The notes under the pieces were generated by a model that was not told where the DNA came from, made no database searches, and saw nothing but the letters and a program-made list of their open reading frames with translations. DNA of 64,000 nt from Mobula hypostoma (lineage: Eukaryota), in NCBI RefSeq assembly GCF_963921235.1, contig NC_086107.1, positions 112,160,001-112,224,000 on the forward strand, read 5' to 3'. Positions 1-12,547 of this stretch are shown piece by piece. Position numbers and translations under genes: made by a program. The first letter of the stretch is position 1. The number at the start of each line of letters is the position of its first letter.

Positions 1-619
1 TAAAGATTTTCAGAAGCACATTTCTGAATATTGTTTGGTCACCGGTGGCATTGCTGCGGGGTCAGACACACCAATTATACCACATGATTTCTGGCATTCA
101 TGTTATTTGGGAAATGTTTCCAGCTGTATAGACAGTACTTCGTTAAATACCAAGAAATGATCATCGGGCAGTTACTTCCTTTTGCAATAGATACCGGTTT
201 TTCTGACATTTGATTCTTGGAATTTGATCATAAATTTCAAGATGTTTAACATGCCGTCACAACTTTTAACTGCTGTGGTGTCTGTACAAATTAATAATAT
301 AACAATCGACCACAGTGGTGTATGCCTGGAATCAAAGTTCAAAGGGGGCAGCGCGGTAGTGTAGTGGTGAGCGCAGCGTTTTTACGGTGCAAGTACCCCA
401 GGTTCAATTCCTGCCTCTGCCTGTAAGGAGTATGAATGTTCTCCCCGTGACTACGGAGTTTCCTTTGGGTCTCTGCTTTCCTCCCACAGACCAAAGTCAT
501 ACCAGTTGGTAGGTTAATTGATCATTGTAAATTGTCCTGTGATTAGGCTAGGATTAAATTGGGGGTATTGACGGATGGCATGGCTTGAAAGGCCACACTG
601 TATATCATAAAGGTTTTAA

Positions 620-2180
620 AAATAAATTTATTATCAAAGTACATATATGTTGCTACATACAACCCTGAGATTGCAGGCATTCACAGTAAATACAAGAAAC
701 ACAATAGAATCAATGAAAGACCGCACCCAACAGGACGGACAAACAACCAATACACAAAAATGGCAACAAACTGAAAATTTGAGCCGAAAAGTCTTTGACA
801 GTAAGTCCACAGGTGGTGGGAACAGTTCATTGATGGGGTGAATGAAGTTACCCCCTTTGGTTCAAGAGCCTGATGATTGAGGGGTGATAACTGTTCCTGA
901 ACCTGGTGGTGCACGTCCTGAGGCTCCTGTACCCTCTTCCTGATTGTAGCTGCAAGAAGAAAGCATGTCCTGGGGGGTGAGTGTCCCTGATGATGGATGT
1001 TGCTTTCTTGTGTCAGCGCTCCATGCAGATGCTCAATGGTGGGGTGGGCTTTACGCATAATAGACTGGGTCATATCCACTACTTTTTGTAGGCTCTTCCA
1101 TTTAATGGCACCTGTGTTTCCATACCAGGTCGTGATACAACCAGTCAGTATACTCTCCAATACACATCTAGAGAAGTTAATTAAAGTTTTTACATTGCGA
1201 GACTTTTGCAAACTTATAAGAAAGTAAAGGCGCCATGACTTCTTTGTAATGACACTTTGGTAATGGACCCAGGACGGCTCCTCTGCAACGATAATACCGA
1301 GGAATTTAAAGTTGCTGACCCTCTCTACTACAGATCCCCTGATGAGGACTGACTCATGGACCTCCTTTTCCTCTTCCTGAAGTCAATAATCATCTCCTTG
1401 ACCTTGCTGACATTGTGTGAGAGGTTGTTGTTGTGGCACCACTCAGCCAGATTTTCAATCTCCCTCATATATGCAGATTCGTCACCACCTTTGATTTGGT
1501 CAACAACAGTGGTGCTGTCAGCAAATTTAAATATGGCGTTGGAGCTGTGCGTAGCCTCACGGTCATCAGTATAAAATGAGTAGAGCAGGAGGTTAAGCAC
1601 ACAGCCTTGTGGTGCTCTTGTGTTGATGGAGATTGTGGATGAGATGTTGCCAATCCGAACTGATAGGAGTCTGCAAGTGAGGAAACCGAGGATCCAATTG
1701 CTCAAGGAGGTATTGAGGTCTGGTCTTGGAGCTTACTAATAAGTTTTCAGAGGCTGAGCTCTAGTCAATGAAGAACATCCTGACATATGCATCTTCTCTG
1801 TCCAGATGTTTCAGGTGAGTGAAGAGCCAATTAAATAGTACCTGCTGTGGACTTGTTGTGCCATAGGCAAATTGGAGCAGATCCAAGTCTCTTCTCAGGC
1901 AGGAGTTGATATGTTTCATCACCAACCTCTCAAAGCACTTCATCACTGTGGATGTAATTTCTACTGGACCATAGTCATTGAAGCAGGTTACCACGTTCTT
2001 CTTAGGCACTGATATAAGCGAAGCCTGCTTGAAGCAGGTGGGTAACTCAGACTGCCGTAGCAAGAGGTTAAAAGATCTCAGTGAATACTCCAGCCAGATG
2101 ATCAGCACAGGTCTTTAGCACTTGGCTGTGTACCCCGTCTGGGTCAGATGCATCCTGTGGGTTCACCGTCCTGAACACCT
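620..2180 (-). mobile_element. Degenerate Rex1/Babar-type LINE (RT and 3' end)
   Basis: Frameshifted ORF pieces: VPKK..VTC.NDY.PV..TS.VMKCFERLV, APQGCVL, FKFAD, ESILTGCITTWYG. Confidence 0.85.
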
Positions 2181-2255
2181 AATTGCTCTTCACTAGACTG
2201 CACTTCAGTTGTGTTTTTTAAAAATTTTCCCCGTTTATATTCCTCTGCATTGCAG

Positions 2256-2354
2256 ATCGCCTTTGAGAGAGATGGTGTGTTTCTCAACACGAGCACAAAA
2301 CGGACAAATGACCAGGACACGCACATCCCTGGGGTGATCCGGATCATTGAGAAG
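2256..2354 (+). CDS. TBC1D17: TBC1 domain family member 17, coding exon 2 (IAFERDGVFLNTSTKRTNDQDTHIPGVIRIIEK)
   Basis: tgcag| acceptor and |gtaagg donor, 99 nt, phase 0-0. Resembles human VVFEKGGVYLHTSAKK...IAGVIRVVEK as recalled. Confidence 0.93.
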
Positions 2355-2645
2355 GTAAGGCCCGATCCACACAAGTGCTTTACAGTCATGCGGTACTGAG
2401 TTTCAGGGTTGCTGTTTCCAGCATGGACGTGAGACAACACTGAACAGCTCTTTGCATGCAGGTTCTTCAGGTATGTGACCTCCTTCTATCCTGATTTTGT
2501 AAAAAATAATATGGTTGAGGAACCCTCCACTCATCCAGTCTGTACCTTGGAGCTGTCAACTTGTGTTGAGCACGTGAATTATCTGTGATTCCATTGAATA
2601 TGACTTGATTCATAGAGAGGGCACTGTGTGAAAACCAATTTCCGT

Positions 2646-4410
2646 ACAACACACAAAATGCTGCAGGAACCCAGCGATCAGGCCAGCATTTATGGAAATG
2701 AATAAACAGCCAACGTTTTGTGCTGAAACCCTTTTTCAGGACTGCAAAGGAAGGGGGAAGGTGCCAGAATAAAAAGGTGGAGGGAGGGGAAGAAGGACAG
2801 GCTAGCAGGTAATAAGTGAAGCCAGGTGAGAGGGAAGGTGAGTGGGTGGGGGAGGAAGCAATGATGTAAGAAGCTGGGAGGTGATAATTGGAAAAGGTAA
2901 AGGGCTGGAGAAGAAGGAATCGGGTAGGAGAGTAGAGTAGACCAGGGGTCCCTCCCATTCTTGCACTGCGGACCGGTTTAATATTGACAATATTCTTGCA
3001 GACCGTCGACCCGGGGGGGGGGCGGGGGTGGTGTAGGGTTGCCAACGGACAAGAGTAGCTGTCAATATGTTTTGTTTACCCAGAGAAAGACTACAATGAC
3101 CATGAAGCCTTGCGTGGGCACCAGTGCGCATGCGTGACTTGTGTATGCGTGTACGTGTCGATTTTTTTTTCTGCAAATCGTTTTTGGCGATTCTGTTCGG
3201 GGTGGGGGGGTTAATCTCGACCGGAATATAGGTGATAAGTGGCTAATACACTCAATTTTGTTTCTAAAAGGGTTTATCTAACGAATTTAATATTAAACAC
3301 ACAGCGCATATTTTCCCCGTGTGAATATAGTGATAAGTCAATTATCAGGGTGGATAGGGGAGCTTGAAGTAAGTGTTGAACGAACTTCCAGTAGAAGTGG
3401 TAGAGGCAGGTTCAATATTATCATTTAAAGAAAAATTGAATAGGTATATGGACAGGAAAGGAATGGAGGGTTGTGGGCTGAGTACAGGTCGGTGGGACTA
3501 GGTGAGAGTAGCGTTCGGCACAGACTAGAAGGGCAGAGATGGCCTGTTTCAGTGCTGTAATTGTTATATGGTTATACAAGTCAATAGCATCATAACATCT
3601 TAAGTAATGTTTGGATATTAAACACACAGCACATACTTTCCCCGTATGGACATATAAAATCATTGCAATACCCCAATATCGCTGAATCAGTGGGAGCCCT
3701 GGGCTTGTTTCCCTGCTACAACACGGTCCTATCGAGGGGTGTTGGGAGACAGCGGTACTCGAAGGGGGTTCCTTATGTCCAGTCTATTCCGCAATTTAGT
3801 TTTCATTGCATTCATTGCAGAAAACTCCGCTTCGCAGAAAAATGTTGGAAATGGAAGCAACGTTTTCAGTGCTTTCGTGGCTATCTCTGGATTTTTAGCC
3901 CTGACTTTGATCCAGAGTGCCGGCGGAGATGTTATGTCAAACATACTTTTCAGCCCTCCGTCATTCGCAAGCTTAAGGAGTTGATCTCCTTCCTGCGCTG
4001 ACAAGGATGACGCGCGCGTAGTGACCTCGCGTGCGTTCAAGCTCAACAGCGGGCGTGACAGGGAATGAGGAAAGGTGCCCCTGACTCGTATCGCCAAATC
4101 ATATTGTTTCCTCGCGGCCCGGTAGCAGATGCTTTGCGGCCCGGTACCGGTCCGCGGCCCGGTGGTTGGGGACTGCTGCAGTAGACCGTGGGAGAAAAGG
4201 AGGAAAGGCACCAAGGGAAGTGACGGGTGGGTGAGGAGAAGGGGTAAGTGGCCAGAGTGGGGAATAGAAGGAAAGGGAAGGGGGGAGAAGGGAAAAATAA
4301 AGAGGAAATAAAAGTAGCAGAAGGAGAAATCGATGTTCATGTCATCAGGTTGGAGGCTAACCAGACGGAATATGGGGTGTTGCTTCTCCAGCCTGAGGGA
4401 CCACTTGCTT
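2646..4410 (-). mobile_element. Penelope-like element remnant interrupted by the hAT at 2943-4178
   Basis: Typical tail (acacacaaaatgctg…), purine-rich block and RLEKQHPIFRLVSLQPDDMNIDFS C-terminus. Confidence 0.75.
2943..4178 (-). mobile_element. hAT (Buster/Charlie-type) non-autonomous transposon with transposase C-terminal remnant
   Basis: TIRs CAGGGGTCCC…/…GGTTGGGGACTGCTG. 8-bp TSD gagTAgac/cagTAgac. LWIKV…ATKALKTLLPFPT..CEA.FSAM..MKTKLRNRLD dimerisation domain at ~3729-3990. Nested CR1 3' piece at ~3343-3576. Confidence 0.88.
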
Positions 4411-5118
4411 CGAAATCCGGTGCTGATACCACTCACCACCAGCTGACAATTTTTTTTTATTATACAAGATTATGAGAGGTATAAATAAAGTAAATGCAAG
4501 CAGGCTTTTTCAACTGAGGTTGAGTGAGACTAGAACTAGAGGTCATACTGTAGGTTAAGAGTGAAAGGTGGGATGTTTAAGGGGAGCCCGAGGGAGAATA
4601 ACTTCTCTCAGAGGGTGGTGAGAGTGTGCCTGCGCAAGTGGCAGATGCAGATTCAATTTCAACATTTAAGAGAAGTTTGGACAAGTACATGGATAGGAGG
4701 GGTATGGAGGGCTACAGTCTGGGGCTAGGCAGAGTAAACCCCGAGGAAAGATCCAGAGCTGGTGTCCCTAAGGCAATCCTACGTTAAGTTCAACACTGAC
4801 AACTCCTGAGATGCCATTGGTGCCGAACTGTATCGGTCTCTGCCATTCCTTTGGATTCATCAGCTGCATGGAGAAGGGGAGTCTGCTGTATTGGCAACAG
4901 CTTACTCCCCAGATTGTACTGGCCTACTTGTGTACTGGCTCATGTAGACAGCCAGGACACAATATCCACGGCTGACTCTGGCCAACGAGGGCTTCGGAAA
5001 GCAATACCGGGCAAAATGTTAAAATGGATAACCCTCCCCTGTCCCAACTTGTGGAATTCCCATTCAGTCTACCCTCCCTTTTCTTATTTTGATTATTTGT
5101 TCTTGTTTTGCCCCTCAG

Positions 5119-5193
5119 GGTCCTGATACTGTGGTGGATTGGACTCCAGTATGTGAGACTGAAGAACCCTCTCAAATCCTTTACTCCAAAAAG
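5119..5193 (+). CDS. TBC1D17: TBC1D17 exon 3 (GPDTVVDWTPVCETEEPSQILYSKK)
   Basis: Pyrimidine tract then ctcag|, donor |gtaagt, 75 nt. Matches human ...W.PV.E...QILFSKK. Confidence 0.9.
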
Positions 5194-5270
5194 GTAAGTC
5201 TACTGGTCTATGTATACGGTGTAGAGTTTTGGTTGAGTATTGATTAAATTTCTCAGACAATATGTATATA

Positions 5271-6136
5271 CAGCAGATTCCAGTTAAATTGGGACACATC
5301 GGGACCAGTGCATTTTGGCCCAGCTAGCCAAAGTCTCATGGAAATAGTTAAGAGGTATAAAAAAGATAAACTACCATTTAACTGAGTAACAAATTGTGTA
5401 TTTAAATGAAATACAGATCAAATTAGAACATTACACTCCTATAAAACTGTCCATTAGTTCCTAATGGGTTTTGACAGAGGAATTCATTCAGTGTATGCTG
5501 CAGTGTTCTTTTGATTGACTGTAAATGAACAATATCAGCACAGACACCTAGGGCAGATAGTGGTTTGCCTTCATTAGATTAGATTATGAGGACACTCAGT
5601 CCTCGTTTATTGTCATTTAGAAATGCATGCATACAATTCTTTTGACGATTGCATCCTCCAAATCTTCTTATTCATTGTAACATTCAATATAATTGTTGAT
5701 ACCTTTAAATACTTCATAGTCCCTAGCTTGTTAAAGTAGTGAAATCATTTCATTTTCACTCCCGGTCATTTCTGGCGTCTCCAAACCTGAATGCTGGAAA
5801 CTGCAGTGAGCAAAAGAGTTCTGAATTGTCTTAGTGTTTATTTCTCACCAACTATCAGAGACAAAAATCACTCTTTGAACACCAACATGCACAACTGATG
5901 CTATTTGAAAACTGTTCATTCTAAGCACGGTGCAGTTTCCAATGGCCACAAATGTGCATGACTGACATTAGTTAGAAACTGTTTGACAACAGTCTCCTGC
6001 CCAATTAATTGGCATGGTGTCCCAAATAAACTAAGGGAATGCTGGCTATTTTCTTGATTAGTTTTTGTTCTTTAAGAGTTGTCCCAAATAAGTAACTTCC
6101 CTATAAACCAATGGCCCAATTAACTGGAATTCACTG
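5271..6136. mobile_element. Tigger/pogo-like (Tc1/mariner superfamily) non-autonomous element
   Basis: TIRs CAGCAGATTCCAGTTAAATTGGG…/…CCCAATTAACTGGAATTCACTG flanked by TA. A second copy lies at 39752-40658. Confidence 0.8.
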
Positions 6137-6512
6137 TATTTACTTCCATCCAATTGCAAGACCCCATCTTATAGGGGAACTTGACAGTTTGCCCCTTCAC
6201 TTTCAACTTGCACCAATCCAGGATGGCTCCAGGACAGATTAGATACGGAAGTGAAGTTCCTTCCACTTTGCGGTCACAGAGCAAAAGCACTAGCCACATC
6301 AACTTCTATTGGTATGGTGCTTTCAGCCAGAGTACCTCAAGGTGCTTCCCAGAGGATTTGTGGTGGGTGGATAAACAGTATTAAGAAATGTTTGCTTAAA
6401 ATTAAGGCTTTTAAATATACACAGAGAAGCAAAAGAGTTTTGGTAACAATTTTGTGGTTTGTGACTTGCTTTCCCACTGCTCTGTATTATCTTGTTTTAA
6501 ATACACTCATTT

Positions 6513-7100
6513 AGGTACTCCTGAACATCTACTTGTTAATGCAAATATCTAATCAGCCAATCATGTAAAAGCTTGTAGACATGGTCAAGAGTTTCAGTTG
6601 TTGTTCAGGCCAAACATTAGAATGGGGACGTAATGTTATCTAAGTGACTGACCTTGAGGATTGTTGGTCCAGATGTGGTTGGTTTGAGTAACTCAGCAAC
6701 TGCTGATCTTCTAGGATCTTCATGCACTACAATCTGTAGAGTTTACAGAGAATAATGCAAAAAAAAACACAAAAACCATCCAGTGAGCGGCAGTTCTGTA
6801 GGCGAAATCGCCTTGTTAATGAGAGAGGTCAGAGGAGGATGGAGTCCTGATGAAAGGTCTCAACCCAAACCTCTTTTCCATATGAGTTCCTCCAGCATTT
6901 TGTGTGTGTTGCTTGGATTTCCACCATCTGCAGATTTTCTCTTGGTGAAGAATGGCCAGACTGGCTCAAGCTGACAAGAAGGCAACAGTAACTCAAATAA
7001 CCACATATTATAACAGTTGAACCTTGAAGTGGAGGGGCTACAGCAGCAGATGATCACACCAGGTTCCACTCCTGTACCTAATAAAATGGCCACTTGAGTG
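6513..7100 (+). mobile_element. Tc1-like deletion derivative with a nested Penelope-tail insertion (~6843-6945)
   Basis: Homologous to 51748-52305. Right TIR gtacctaataaaatggccacttgagtg followed by TA. Confidence 0.8.
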
Positions 7101-7244
7101 TAGATTATATTTGGTATTCATGGGAGAAGAGCCCAGCTTAGTTCTAAAGACCTTGTTATGGTGCCAAGTGACATGCTTTTGTTTATTAGTATCCACAGTT
7201 GCCCTTGCTTTCATCGGCTGCTTTTCTGCTTTTTTTTTCCGCAG

Positions 7245-7365
7245 GATTCCACAGTGAATGGAGCCAGTCACACTGAAGAAGATATGTTTGACCCAGGTTA
7301 TGAACCTGACTGGGCTGTTATTAGCACAGTTGGAACCAGGACACGGCCACAGGAGGATGCACGTG
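7245..7365 (+). CDS. TBC1D17: TBC1D17 exon 4 (DSTVNGASHTEEDMFDPGYEPDWAVISTVGTRTRPQEDAR)
   Basis: gcag| and |gtaag, 121 nt, phase 0-1. Carries the diagnostic FDPGYEPDWAVISTV motif. Confidence 0.95.
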
Positions 7366-7534
7366 GTAAGAAGCAGAGGCTCACTATTGTAATACACTAA
7401 TAGTTATATTTGTACATTGATCATTGTGAGCAATTTTGGGCCCCTTATCTAAGAAAGGGATGCTGGCATTGGAGAGGATCCAGAGGAGGTTTATGCGAAT
7501 GGCCCAGTAATGAAAGGATTAATGTATGAGGCGC

Positions 7535-8870
7535 AACACAAATGAGAGAAAAGCTGCAGATGTTGGAAATCCAGAGCAACACACACAAAATGCTGGAGGA
7601 ACTCAGCAGGCCAGGCAGCATCTATGGAAAAGAATAAACAATCGACATTTTGGGTCAAGACCCTTCATCAGGACTGAGAAGGAAGTGGGGGCAGATGCCA
7701 AATTAAAAAGGTGGGGGGGGGAGGGGAAAGCAGCTAGCCAAAAGGTGATAGGTGAAGCCAGGTGGGTGAGAAAGGTCAAGGCGGAATCTGATTGGAGAGG
7801 AGAGTGGACAATAGGAGAAAGGAAAGGAGAAGAAAACCCATGAGGAATAGAGGAAAGAGGGGAAGTAAAAGGTCAGAGTGGAAAATAGAGGAAGGAGGGG
7901 AGGGAAATTTTGTTAAGCAGAAGGAGAAATTGATATTTATACCATCAGCTTGGAGGGTACCCAGATGAAATATGAGGTGTTGCTCATCCATCCTGAGGGT
8001 ACCCTCATCTTGGCTCAAGAGGAGGCCATGGATCAACGTCTTGGAATGGGAAACGAATTAAAATATTTGGCCACCAGGTAGTCCCGCTTCTGGCGGGTGG
8101 TGTGAAGGAGCTCAACAAAGCAGTTACCCGAGTTATGACGGATCTCACAAATGTAGAGGAGGCTGCATCGAGAGCACCGGACACAATAGACGACCCCAGC
8201 AGATTCACAGGTGAAGTGTTGCCTCACCTGGAAAGACTGTTTGGGTCCTTGAATGGAGAGGAGGGAGGAAGTGTATGGGCAGGTGTAGCAATTCATAGTC
8301 ATAGTCATACTTTATTGATCCTGGGGGAAATTGGTTTCCGTTACAGTTGCACCATAAATAATTAAATAGTAATAAAACCATAACTAGTTAAATAGTAATA
8401 TGTAAATATGTAAATTATGCCAGGAAATAAGTCCAGGACCAGCCTCTTGGCTCAGGGTGTCTGACCCTCCAAGGGAGGAGTTGTAAAGTTTGATGGCCAC
8501 AGGCAGGAATGACTTCCTATGACGCTCTGTGTTGCATCTCGGTGGAATGAGTCTCTGGCTGAATGTACTCCTGTGCCCAACCAGTACATTATGTAGTGGA
8601 TGGGAGACATTGTCCAAGATCGCATGCAACTTGACAGCATCCTCTTTTCAGACCACTTACAGGGGTAAGTGCCTGGAGGGAGATTAGTGGGGAGGGATGA
8701 ATGGAGAAGGGAATTATGGAGGGAATGATCCCTTGGAAACCGGAGGTGGGGGAGTTAAAGCTATGTTTAGTGTAAGGATCCCTTTGGAGATGGTGGAGGT
8801 TGCAGAGGATAATGTGTTGGATGCGGAGGTTGATTGGGTGGTAGGTCAGGAGAAGAGGGTCTGTATCACT
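7535..8870 (-). mobile_element. Penelope-like element 3' part (GIY-YIG endonuclease remnant), interrupted by a Rex1 copy
   Basis: PKQSFQVRQHFTCESAGVVYCVRCSRCSLLYI at 8033-8308. EQHLIFHLGTLQADGININFS C-terminus. Confidence 0.85.
8293..8655 (-). mobile_element. Young Rex1/Babar LINE, 5'-truncated copy
   Basis: ILDNVSHPLHNVL…HRKSFLPVAIKLYNSS and an (ACTATG)n tail. Near-identical to 24938-25870 and 46137-47205. Confidence 0.88.
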
Positions 8871-9379
8871 ATTGGCCAAAAGAGTATTAACAATCAAGGA
8901 ATCTAGATTACCTGCGTACTTCAATAAATTGAACTTACCATCCCTATTATGATGGAATCCCAATGATGCTGAGAACTCAAGCACTGATTTTGTTATAGAG
9001 TTATACCAAATGAAAAGAGGCAATCAGCCTACCATGCTGATGTCAGATAGCTAAAAATCTATTCAGATTTATCTTCCCTGCCCTTGTTCGTTACCCCATT
9101 ATCTCTGCAAACTTTTCCCATAGAAGAGACATTCAGCTCTTTTCTGAAGATTGCGATTGAATCTGCCTGTCATGCACTGCTCTCCAGATTATAGCAATTA
9201 TCTGTTATCTTTCATTCTCTCCATCTGGTTAATCAGCAACTCTTCTGGTAATGGAAACCATTTCTCCTTATGTACTCTTTCAAAACTGTTTAAACATCGT
9301 TTAAAATCCACCAAGCTAGTGAGGTAACTTGTGAACTTAAATTAGCAATTTGGTGTTTAGTTAGATATAGATTTCATTA

Positions 9380-9459
9380 CAGGGTTTCACAACCTGGAGT
9401 CCACAGACCCCTTGCTTCATGGTATTAGTCCATGGCATTAAAAAGGGTGGGAAACCCTG
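9380..9459. mobile_element. 80-bp hAT-type MITE
   Basis: TIRs CAGGGTTTCACAACC/GGGTGGGAAACCCTG. A related 63-bp copy at 19229-19291 has the TSD catTAgtg/tatTAggg. Confidence 0.65.
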
Positions 9460-9512
9460 GTCTAAAGCTTTGTGAGAAATAAAATCATGTAAAAGTTTGC
9501 TTTAGGAAACCT

Positions 9513-10980
9513 TTGCATCATCTCCGGAGAGGTTCCGGAGGATTGGAGGGTTGCAGATGTTGTTCAAGAAAGGGAGCAGAGATAGCCCAGGAAATTATAG
9601 ACCATTGAGTCTTACTTCAGTGGTTTGTAAGTTGATGGAGAAGATCCTGAGAGGCAGGATTTATGAACATTTGGAGAGGCATAATATGATTAGAAATAGT
9701 CAGCATGCTTGTCAAAGGCAGGCCGTGCCTTATGAGCCTGATTGAGTTTTTTGAGGATGTGACTAAATGCGTTGATGAAGGTAGAGCAGTAGATGCAGTG
9801 TATATGGATTTCAGCAAGGAATTTGATAAGGTACCCCATGCAAGGCTTATTGAGAAAGTAAGGAGGCATGGGATCCAAGAGTACCTTGCTTTGTGGATCC
9901 AGAACTGGCTTGCCCACAGAAGGCAAAGAGTGGTTGTAGACGGATCATATTCTGCATGGAGGTCAGTAACCAGTGGTGTGCCTCAGGAATCTATTCTGGG
10001 ACCCCCTTCTCTTCATGATTTTTATAAATGACCTGGATGAAGAAGTGGAGGGATGGATTAGTAAATTTGCTGATGACACAAAGGTTAGGGGTGTTGCGGA
10101 TAGTGTGGTGGGCTTTCAAAGGTTACAGCGGGACATCAATAGGATGCAAAACTGGGCTGAGAAGTGGCAGAAGGAGTTCAACCCAGATAAGTGTGATGTG
10201 GTTCATTTTGGTAGGTCAAATATGATTGCAGAATATAGTATTCATGGTAAGACACTTGGCAGTGTGGAGGATCAGAGGGATCTTGGGGTCTGAGTCCATA
10301 GGACACTCAAAGCTGTTGTGCAGGTTGACTGTGTGGATAAGAAGGCATACGGTGCATTGGCCTTCATCAACCATGGAATTGAATTCAAGAGCTCAGAGGT
10401 AACGTTACAGCAATATAGGACTCTGGTCAGACCCCACTTGGAGTACTGTGCTCAGTTCTGGTCACCTCACTACAGGAAGGATGTGGAAACTATTGAAAGG
10501 GTGCAGAGGAGATTTACAAGGATGTTGCCTGGACTGGGGAGCATGCCTCATGAGAATAGGTTGAGTGAACTCTGCCTTTTCTCCTTGGAGCGACGGAGGA
10601 TGAGAGGTGACCTGATAGAGGCGTATAAGATGATGGGAGGCATTGATTGTGTGCATAGTCAGAGGCTTTTTCCCAGGGCTGAAATGGCTAACACGAGAGG
10701 AGACAGTTTTAAGATGCTTGGAAGTAGGTACAGAGGAGATGTTGGGTAAATTTTCTGTGCAGAGAGTGGTGAGTGTGTGGAATGGACTGCTGGTGACGGT
10801 GGGGGAGACGGATAGGATAGGGTCTTTTAAGAGACTTTTGGATAGGTACGCGGAGCTTAGTAAAACAGAGGGCAATGGGTAACCTGAGGTAATTTCTAAA
10901 GTAAGTATATGTTTGGCACAGCATTGTGGGCCAAAGGGCCTGTATTGTGCTGAGGTTTTCTACATTTCTGTGTTTCTAAA
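9513..10980 (+). mobile_element. CR1 LINE, 5'-truncated (RT and 3' UTR)
   Basis: FKKGSRDSPGNYRPLSLTSVVCK, YMDFSK.FDKVPH, KFADDTK, RPHLEYCAQFWSP, LERRRMRGDLIE. Frameshifted. Confidence 0.93.
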
Positions 10981-12336
10981 TTATTAGTTTGTTATGTGCC
11001 ATGTCATCTGACGTGAGTGATCATGCTCTTTCCATGACCATGATTGTTCTTGGCAAATTTTTCTACAGAAGCGGTTTACCATTTCCTTCAACACACATAA
11101 AAGCTGCTGGTGAACGCAGCAGGCCAGGCAGCATCTCTAGGAAGAGGTACAGTTGACATTTCGGGCCGAGACCCTTACCATTTCCTCCTTCTGGACGGGT
11201 GACCCCAGCCATTGTCACTACTCTTCGGGGATTGTCTGCCTGGTGTCAGTAGTTGCGTAACCAGGAGCAGCTGTTTATAAGACCATCCAGCACCTACACC
11301 CGTGGCTTCACGTGACCCTGATCGGGGGACTAAGCAGATGCTACACCTGCCAAGAGTGACTTGCAGGCTAGCAGGGGGAAGGGGCAACTTGCACCTCCTT
11401 TGCTAAAGACATATCTCCACCCCACGACCCTGAGGAAATAGTATCTCTGGTATTTTAGAAACGGTAAAGTCTGTCCATGTCTTGTAGGCATTGGGAGAGA
11501 AGCTTGGGAAAGAAGTAATTATCAGACTAATCTATCCAGTTAAGTTTGTGTACCGTGAATTCAAATTAAGAATGTATACAGGTGACATCTCTTTCAACAC
11601 TGGCATTCCTTCATGGAAAAGCACCGTTTAAGGTCAGGTAATTGAAATTAGTAACTACTTTTTGGACTATTCAGAATAAAGTTGCTTTTTTTAAAGGACC
11701 CACACCACCCTGGCTATGCTCTCTTCTCGCTGTTACCATCAGGAAAGGGGTACAGGAGCCTTGGGTCCCACACCACCAGCTTTAGGAACAGTTATTACCC
11801 GTCAAGCATCAGGCTCTGGAACCAGCGCGGATAACTTCTCTCAATTCCGAACTGATTCCACAAGTGGACTCACTTTTAAGGACGTTATAACCATTGTGCT
11901 CAATATTATTTATATATTCTGTTATTTTTCTTTTTTAATTTGCACAACTTGTCATCTTTTGCACATTGTCTATTTTTGTTTGTGGTTTTTCATTGATTCT
12001 ATTGTGTTTCTTTGTAATTACTGTGAATGCCCGCAAGAAAATGAATCTGAGGGTAGTGTATGGTGACATATATGTACTTCGAAAATACATTGAACTCTGA
12101 CTTGCATTTCAACAGTCAGTAATACACCAAGAGAGGCAGCCTCTAGATTTTGTGCTCTGCAGGGTACATCTGTGGAAATTCTGATGATACATTTTTGTTA
12201 AGGATGACCAGTTTAGAAAGGAAGCAGAATAATTGAAGAAATAAATTTGGTTTTATTCACTCCACTGAATGACTTCTTGCTTTGTTCCCTTGGTTAAATG
12301 CTTTTTTCTCTCTCTCCTTTTCATGCCAACTCTTAG

Positions 12337-12547
12337 CTGCCACTCAGTACCCGGGAGCACACAGCAAGTGGGCGTTCTCCATCAGCCTGTCAGAGTTGAA
12401 ATCCATCCGGAAAAACAAGCCAGGCCTGGGCTGGTCATACCTCATCTTCATCAGCAAGGATGGCATCTCCTTTCCAGCGCTTCATTTCCATGCTGGAGGC
12501 ACCAGAGCTTTACTCAAGTGTTTGTGTAAATATGTTGTCCTGGCTAC
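12337..12547 (+). CDS. TBC1D17: TBC1D17 exon 5 (…KWAFSISLSELKSIRKNKPGLGWSYLIFISKDGISFPALHFHAGGTRALLKCLCKYVVLAT)
   Basis: ttag| and |gtaagt, 211 nt, phase 1-2. WAFS.SL.ELKSIR and PALHFH.GGT motifs of the N-terminal domain. Confidence 0.93.

Noticed and set aside
346..430. tRNA-like sequence with A/B boxes
   Set aside because: It is the head of a dispersed SINE. There is no complete cloverleaf and it continues into the SINE body.
1..2255. Search for the first coding exon and promoter of TBC1D17
   Set aside because: The region is mostly SINE and LINE, with no convincing ATG exon or CpG island. The first exon is probably upstream of the window.
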